Shown here one piece after another: positions 58,856 to 64,000 of a DNA stretch of 64,000 nt. The stretch spans positions 160,001-224,000 of the forward strand of contig CAXXWQ010000004.1 of NCBI GenBank assembly GCA_963674945.2. The letters are read 5' to 3'. The notes beneath the pieces are model-generated. The model made no database searches, was not told the origin of the DNA, and saw nothing but the letters and a program-made list of their open reading frames with translations. A program made the position numbers and the translations under genes. Each line of letters starts with the position of its first letter. Within the stretch, counting starts at the first letter, position 1. Origin of the DNA: an uncultured Desulfosarcina sp. (GTDB lineage Bacteria; Desulfobacterota; Desulfobacteria; Desulfobacterales; Desulfosarcinaceae).

Positions 58856-59329
58856 TCAAATCTGCCACAACAATAGGCGAGTTAAGATAATTGAAAGTGG
58901 CCAGCATATCAATAAAATCATGTTTTCGATGATTGTTAATAAGCGTAAAGTTAAGTAAGAAACACGCTTTAATCTGGAGGCATATGGCATCACAAACCAA
59001 TTGGTTGTATTGCACCGACTTGATGCAGCAAACACATTCCCGTACCCGGCACCATACCTGTTACTAATAGGAATAACGACAGCGCTGAAAGATTGTTTTA
59101 TTTTTAATTTTTTATGAAAGCCTTTTAAACCTGTTTTAACTTCTATCACTTTTGAAATCCGGGGGTCACTTAGGAGTTCTTTACATCGACCCGAATTACT
59201 TGCAACGACAAATTTTGTATCGGGCCAACGAAGTCTACACGCCTCTATTACTATATCCAACTTTTCAATGGAGACTGTACGAAATACCAAAACCTCATTT
59301 TTTGTATTGTGTCCAATTCTATTATCCAA
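58856..59329 (-). CDS. Hypothetical protein with C-terminal hydrophobic segment
   Basis: 157-aa ORF tightly coupled between two GT2 genes; no motif recognised. Confidence 0.6.
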   Translation of the reverse strand: MDNRIGHNTKNEVLVFRTVSIEKLDIVIEACRLRWPDTKFVVASNSGRCKELLSDPRISKVIEVKTGLKGFHKKLKIKQSFSAVVIPISNRYGAGYGNVFAASSRCNTTNWFVMPYASRLKRVSYLTLRLLTIIENMILLICWPLSIILTRLLLWQI

Positions 59330-60179
59330 GGTATGAAAACCCCACCCTCCAATCAGGATTTATTTTAAAAAAAATTTCTTCTTCCAATGGAAGACGCTTT
59401 TTTGGATATTGGGCCTGCAACGAAATTGCACTACGAGCAGCTCTTATATAAATCGTTGATCTATGCAAAATAGAATATGCGAAAACCCATTGCAAATATT
59501 GAGATAAGTTTTTTCGTATGATTATTGAGGGCGTATATCGTAGAAGAAAAATCATCATATTTCGCGTATACAGATATGAATGCACGGCACTACTCCGGTT
59601 TTCTTGAGCGGACCGATGAAATACGAAAGCATTATCCGATTTATTCAAATGCCAACCTTTATAAAGTGCACGTGCCGTCCAGTGCAACTCATTAGTAAAA
59701 AGGAACAATTCTGGATCATATCCACCTACGTCTTTGAGGGCAAACCGATTAAATAAAACTCCAGCCGAACTAAAGCCATATGTCTCTGATAAACTAAGTG
59801 GATTGTTAAAAAATGTATCCACCTGCTTTCTTCGAACACTCAGAGCAACAGCTGCTAGTTTCGATTCTTTTATAGTTTTATTTCGCAGCAAACGGATACT
59901 ATTATTATCTGGAGAACTATCATCGTCTAATGACAGAACCCAATCACCTGTTGACAACGAGTAAGCGAAATTGCTACCAACAATTCCGAAATTCCCACCT
60001 GTTTTTATCAATTGAACATCAGGAAATTCGGTCCTCACCATTTTAAGAGTTCCATCACTTGATGAATTATCAGCGACGATAATCTCATGCCAGAGATCTC
60101 TTTCCTTGTGTAAATCAACTAAGGTACGTCTTAGTTCTTTACAGCGATTGTAGCTTAATATTGCGACACTTATTTTCAC
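59322..60179 (-). CDS. GT2 glycosyltransferase
   Basis: LSYNR, ADNSSSDGT, LDDD, GGYDPELFLFTNE. Confidence 0.88.
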   Translation of the reverse strand: MKISVAILSYNRCKELRRTLVDLHKERDLWHEIIVADNSSSDGTLKMVRTEFPDVQLIKTGGNFGIVGSNFAYSLSTGDWVLSLDDDSSPDNNSIRLLRNKTIKESKLAAVALSVRRKQVDTFFNNPLSLSETYGFSSAGVLFNRFALKDVGGYDPELFLFTNELHWTARALYKGWHLNKSDNAFVFHRSAQENRSSAVHSYLYTRNMMIFLLRYTPSIIIRKNLSQYLQWVFAYSILHRSTIYIRAARSAISLQAQYPKKRLPLEEEIFFKINPDWRVGFSYLG

Positions 60180-60251
60180 TTTTTCTCTTTATTATCATCT
60201 ACTTTATAAAACTTCATACCACGTTAATCAACACTATTAAATGTTATGTAA

Positions 60252-61358
60252 CTATACGACTAAAAGCCTTTTTACCGATGCCAGTGCGGCTTCAATTACC
60301 TTATCCATGTCATAATAACGATACTCTCCAAGCCTTCCACCAAAAGTTACCGGAACTTTTTCATCGTCCTTTCTTTTTATATATCTTTCATATTTTTTTT
60401 GATTTTCTTTTGTGTCCACTGGGTAAAATTCAGGTAGCCCTGCTTTCCAATTTTGTGGTGTCTCGATTGTAACTAATGTTTTTGTTGTACTATTATTATC
60501 AAAATGTTTGTGTTCAATTGTTCGGGTATAAGGAATGTCTTCATCAGGATAATTTATAACAGGTGCACCTTGGGCATCATGTATATCGATCAAATTATCC
60601 TTGAATTGAAGAGACCTGTATTCCAATACACCTTCAGACCAATCAAAAAATGAATCAATGGGCCCTGTATAGATAATATGGTCATAATTTTTAAAAAAGT
60701 AGCTGCGATTCTCATTAAAATCCACATTTAGATCAACCGGAACATCTTTCAGCATCCTCTCAAAAATTCTTGTATATCCTTGAACAGGTATGCCCTGATA
60801 AGGATCGCTAAAATATCGATCGTCAAAATTCATACGAATTGGAATACGCCTAATGGTTGCTGCAGGAAGTAAACTGGGATCTTTCTGCCATTGCTTAATT
60901 GTATACCCTTTGAAAAAAAGCTCGTAAATTTCTTCTCCAACTTGATTCAGGCACCATTCTTCCAAAGATTGTGGGTTTGTGTATCTATAACGTTTTTCTT
61001 CTATGCATGTTAATGCCTCTTCAGGTGTGGTTACACCAAAAATTTGATTTAGTGTTAGTAAATTTATCGGAAACGAATAAAACTTTCCTTTAGAGTTTAC
61101 TTTTACACGATGTATGTAATTATTAAATTTTGAGAATTGATTAACATAATCCCAAACAGATTTGGAATGCGTATGAAAAATATGAGCTCCGTATACGTGC
61201 TTATTACAACCCATTTCCGGCCTGTACTCAGTGTAGCAATTACCACCAATGTGATCCCGTTTTTCAACAACTTTCACTTTTTTTCCGGCTTTTAACAATT
61301 CCCTGGCGCAAACGGCACCATAAAAGCCTGCTCCGACAATAAGATAGGATTTAGCCAT
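60252..61358 (-). CDS. glf: UDP-galactopyranose mutase
   Basis: IVGAGFYG, HIGGNCY, YGAHIFHT, YQGIP, LEYRSL, GRLGEYRYYDMD. Confidence 0.96.
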   Translation of the reverse strand: MAKSYLIVGAGFYGAVCARELLKAGKKVKVVEKRDHIGGNCYTEYRPEMGCNKHVYGAHIFHTHSKSVWDYVNQFSKFNNYIHRVKVNSKGKFYSFPINLLTLNQIFGVTTPEEALTCIEEKRYRYTNPQSLEEWCLNQVGEEIYELFFKGYTIKQWQKDPSLLPAATIRRIPIRMNFDDRYFSDPYQGIPVQGYTRIFERMLKDVPVDLNVDFNENRSYFFKNYDHIIYTGPIDSFFDWSEGVLEYRSLQFKDNLIDIHDAQGAPVINYPDEDIPYTRTIEHKHFDNNSTTKTLVTIETPQNWKAGLPEFYPVDTKENQKKYERYIKRKDDEKVPVTFGGRLGEYRYYDMDKVIEAALASVKRLLVV

Positions 61359-61440
61359 GAAAGCGCTCTATCCACTATTCGTAATAACAACAAACAAAAT
61401 TACACAATAGGAGTTAACATTACGGCTCAGATTTTTCATT

Positions 61441-62130
61441 TTATTTTTCACTCAGCAATCTCTCAAGATCAACAACCGAATCAAGGTTTATTCGCGCCTG
61501 ACAACATGATGATAACCTTTGGTATATTCCCTCTCCAGTCGCTACTTTAACTGATTCCCAGTTTAGATGTTTGGCTCCTAAAAAATCTTTCTTTGGATTA
61601 TCACCAACATATATCAACTCCCGACCCTTTAGGAAAAACGTTCTCTCGTACCATTGAAATAGTTCAATTGCCGGCTTTTCCAAGCCCAATTCATCACTAT
61701 AGAGGATCTTGTCAATCATTTTATCCAGTCCTAGCGCTTTCACTTTCTTTTTTTGAACGCTTAATCTTCCATCGGTGAGAATACCTAATCGATATTTCTT
61801 TCTGAGTCTTTCCAACATTGGAACAACACCATCAAAACAGTTTATATCTGGCTCATGTTCGATAAAGACACGTATCAGTTCAGGAACAATATCCGGATTC
61901 AGATCAAGTCGTTCCACCAGTCTATCGAACATATAAGGATAAGACGCACCGAATTTGGTCAAGATCTTTTCCAACTCATGCAAAACGATTTTTGGATCGA
62001 TGCCGATCTTTTCCGCCATCCATGCCGCTACCACTTTGAATCCGCTACGCTTGTATTCTATCTGGGGATATAGGGTATCGTCTAAATCGAAAATGATTGC
62101 TTGTATTTTAGATAGATTATGATTTGCCAC
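61441..62130 (-). CDS. HAD-superfamily hydrolase (start uncertain; GTG at 62130)
   Basis: FDLDDTLY, LTDG, EKP, YVGDNPKKD. Confidence 0.85.
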   Translation of the reverse strand: MANHNLSKIQAIIFDLDDTLYPQIEYKRSGFKVVAAWMAEKIGIDPKIVLHELEKILTKFGASYPYMFDRLVERLDLNPDIVPELIRVFIEHEPDINCFDGVVPMLERLRKKYRLGILTDGRLSVQKKKVKALGLDKMIDKILYSDELGLEKPAIELFQWYERTFFLKGRELIYVGDNPKKDFLGAKHLNWESVKVATGEGIYQRLSSCCQARINLDSVVDLERLLSEK

Positions 62131-62242
62131 GGACACACACGAACTTACAAGGACAAAAAAAATAGGAAAACAAAACCAAAACCAGCTTGAACTTGTACTA
62201 TGGTAGACTCCAATTCTCCAGTTTGAGGCCATCCACTCGCCG
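62128..62242. repeat. Direct repeat copy 1 (~115 bp, includes vapC 3' end)
   Basis: Aligns by eye with 63699-63809. Confidence 0.85.
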
Positions 62243-62596
62243 GAAATGTTTTTCGTTGTTGGATATCAGAATTAGATTTTGAGTTAGCGCTGTTGCTGCA
62301 ATGATAAGGTCGAAATCATCAAGAGGGGTGCCTTGAAGTTCCAATTGTGCCTTCATCATTCCAAACGTATCGGAAATGAAAAAATCTACTGGTATCGTCT
62401 CCATTGCATTTTCGACCCGCCGTACTTTTGCAAGATTGGCATTGATTTTCTGCGATTTATACGCTCCGTAATATAACTCCATGAGAGAAATAGCGCTTAT
62501 TTTTAACGGATCGTATTGATGTCTCTTCAGATTTTGAATGACGGATTCATTTCCTTTCAGGCTGTAAATAATCGTATCGGTGTCGAGAAGAAACAT
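62198..62596 (-). CDS. vapC: VapC/PIN toxin
   Basis: LLDTD, ELYYGA, DLIIAATA, SNNEKHF acidic PIN residues. Confidence 0.93.
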   Translation of the reverse strand: MFLLDTDTIIYSLKGNESVIQNLKRHQYDPLKISAISLMELYYGAYKSQKINANLAKVRRVENAMETIPVDFFISDTFGMMKAQLELQGTPLDDFDLIIAATALTQNLILISNNEKHFRRVDGLKLENWSLP

Positions 62597-62871
62597 CAGG
62601 GCAATCCTTTTTCGAGTTTCCTGGACGATTTCCGATTCCTTTTAAGCTCCTGAACGATTTGTTCATCCGAGCGAGAATCCTCCCAAGATCCTGCCAATGA
62701 GAGCAGGATTTGTGCCGCTGTCTCTGATTCTTGGACTCGCTGTTTTCGCGCCAAGTGATTTCGAATCAAGAAAAGCACTTGCTGGCTCACGGAACGATTT
62801 TCATCGGCAGCCCTTTTTTTTAACTCCTGGTATAGATGCTCATCAATGCCTTTGATCTGTAGATTTGACAT
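62596..62871 (-). CDS. Ribbon-helix-helix (FitA-like) antitoxin
   Basis: MSNLQIKGIDEHLYQELKKRAADENRSVSQQV; TGATG coupling to vapC. Confidence 0.85.
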   Translation of the reverse strand: MSNLQIKGIDEHLYQELKKRAADENRSVSQQVLFLIRNHLARKQRVQESETAAQILLSLAGSWEDSRSDEQIVQELKRNRKSSRKLEKGLP

Positions 62872-62890
62872 TACCCTTCCCTTCAATGCT

Positions 62891-62923
62891 AATTCATGAT
62901 TCTATATTATTATTTCATGAATT
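62891..62923. promoter_or_regulatory. Inverted-repeat operator upstream of the antitoxin
   Basis: AATTCATGA-N15-TCATGAATT. Confidence 0.55.
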
Positions 62924-62947
62924 TCAACTCTAAAGCCATATTGCTTA

Positions 62948-62976
62948 TTGACAAGCTTTCCAACAACCAATAAACT
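62948..62976 (+). promoter_or_regulatory. sigma70 promoter for the phd-PIN operon
   Basis: TTGACA-N17-TAAACT, followed by an imperfect TTAGT...ACTAA palindrome (probable operator). Confidence 0.75.
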
Positions 62977-63025
62977 TAGTCTATTAAACTAAACTATAGA
63001 TGAGACCGGGTGTCAGGAGATTGGC

Positions 63026-63274
63026 ATGCAAACTATCAACATACATAATGCAAAAACCCATTTATCGCGTTTGGTTGAAGAAGCGGCCAAGGGAAAAGAA
63101 TTTATTATCGCTAAAGCAGGAAAACCAATGGTCAGGGTATCACCGTTAACTGCTGAAGATGCCCCTTCGAAGAAAAGACTTGGATTCATGAAGGGTGAAA
63201 TTTCTGTTCCCGATGATTTCGATTCTATGGATACACCTTACATTAAGGGACTTTTTGAAGGTGATGACTTATGA
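63026..63274 (+). CDS. Phd/YefM-family antitoxin
   Basis: MQTINIHNAKTHLSRLVEEAAKGKEFIIAKAGKP. Confidence 0.93.
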   Translation: MQTINIHNAKTHLSRLVEEAAKGKEFIIAKAGKPMVRVSPLTAEDAPSKKRLGFMKGEISVPDDFDSMDTPYIKGLFEGDDL

Positions 63275-63657
63275 AGTTATTGCTCGACACGCATATCCTT
63301 CTCTGGGCAGCTGGTGATCCCGACAAGCTTTCAGATTCTGTACGTAAAATGCTGCTTGAAGAACGAAATTCATTACATTTTAGCGTAGCAAGCATTTGGG
63401 AGATTGTCATTAAAAGAGGTATCGGACGAGATGATTTCAAAGTGGATCCATATCGGTTAAAGAAAATGCTGGTTTTAAACGATTACAACGAGTTGCCTAT
63501 TACATCAGAACATGTGCTAAGAGTGGAATCGCTTCCGCACATCCATAAAGATCCATTTGATCGAATATTAATTGCCCAGGCACGCAGTGAAGGAATGATG
63601 TTGGTTACTGTGGATGCAACAGTTGTTGAATACGGAGAGGGTACTTTTTCTGCATAA
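63271..63657 (+). CDS. PIN-domain (VapC-like) toxin
   Basis: LLLDTHILLW, SVASIWEI, HKDPFDRILIAQA, VTVD. Confidence 0.93.
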   Translation: MKLLLDTHILLWAAGDPDKLSDSVRKMLLEERNSLHFSVASIWEIVIKRGIGRDDFKVDPYRLKKMLVLNDYNELPITSEHVLRVESLPHIHKDPFDRILIAQARSEGMMLVTVDATVVEYGEGTFSA

Positions 63658-63698
63658 TAGGGCAAAAAAGAAGTTTTTCTTTTAAAACAATTATCGGG

Positions 63699-63809
63699 CA
63701 CGGACACACACGGACTTTCACAGACAGAGTAATAGAACAAAAACCAAAACAGCTTAAACCTGTACTATGGCAGACTTCAATTATCCAGTTTGAGTCTATC
63801 CACTAACCG
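63699..63809. repeat. Direct repeat copy 2
   Basis: Aligns by eye with 62128-62242. Confidence 0.85.
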
Positions 63810-63842
63810 ATAAATTATCGTATCGGTGTTCAGGAGAAACAT
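63765..63842 (-). pseudogene. Internally deleted vapC remnant
   Basis: Translates MFLLNTDTIIY-RLVDRLKLDN*SLP*, i.e. the N- and C-termini of the 62198-62596 VapC joined, with W->stop. Confidence 0.85.
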
Positions 63843-64000
63843 CAGAGTATATCAACCATTTCCCAAGTCAACGGCGTTCCTTTTCGAATTGTTTTTGCGG
63901 CTCTCCGGCCAATCACATCATCAATATACTTGGGGTGAAGTCCATGACCGGGCCGGATCGACCGTACATTATCGGATGTCAACAATTCTCCTTTTAGAAT
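63842..64000 (-). CDS. pseI: 3' end of a nonulosonate synthase (PseI-like, SAF domain); partial
   Basis: Manual translation ILKGELLTSDNVRSIRPGHGLHPKYIDDVIGRRAAKTIRKGTPLTWEMVDIL*; not in the ORF track. Confidence 0.75.
   Translation of the reverse strand: MLKGELLTSDNVRSIRPGHGLHPKYIDDVIGRRAAKTIRKGTPLTWEMVDIL

Noticed and set aside
62131..62232. N-terminal extension of the HAD ORF (MASNWRIG...)
   Set aside because: Reads through the vapC 3' end and the repeat; not HAD-like
1..64000. tRNA, rRNA or CRISPR arrays
   Set aside because: None recognised; nearly all sequence is accounted for by protein-coding genes

Overview
Bacterial chromosomal window, most consistent with a Desulfobacterota (deltaproteobacterial, Desulfosarcina/Desulfobacterales-like) genome; the taxon is inferred from gene order and protein style. 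Bases 1-25.1 kb are a minus-strand flagellar cluster: two sigma54 enhancer-binding proteins, then flgBC-fliEFGHI, fliJK-flgDE, fliLMNOPQR-flhB and flhAFG. Each block has a recognisable -24/-12 promoter, usually near a FleQ-type GTCA-N6-TGAC box. Bases 25.9-27.6 kb hold a short alphaproteobacterial-type flagellin with flbT and flaF behind a sigma28 promoter. Bases 27.8-64 kb are a large, partly very AT-rich glycosylation island that probably modifies flagellin. It encodes TPR-fused GT2, GT9-like and GT41 glycosyltransferases, a Maf protein, a sulfotransferase, four methyltransferase-like genes, a radical SAM/SPASM enzyme, two HAD+phosphoribosyltransferase-like (probable ribofuranosyltransferase) proteins, glf and the 3' end of a pseI-like synthase. 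An IS200 and a small toxin-antitoxin cluster interrupt it. The most notable observations are a symmetric bidirectional sigma54 promoter sharing one -12 GC, a ~90-aa Rossmann-like module fused to five unrelated island enzymes, an FlhF with a C-terminal Ada-type Zn finger, and a 1021-aa FliK with a G10 tract. All calls come from reading motifs by eye; no database searches were run.
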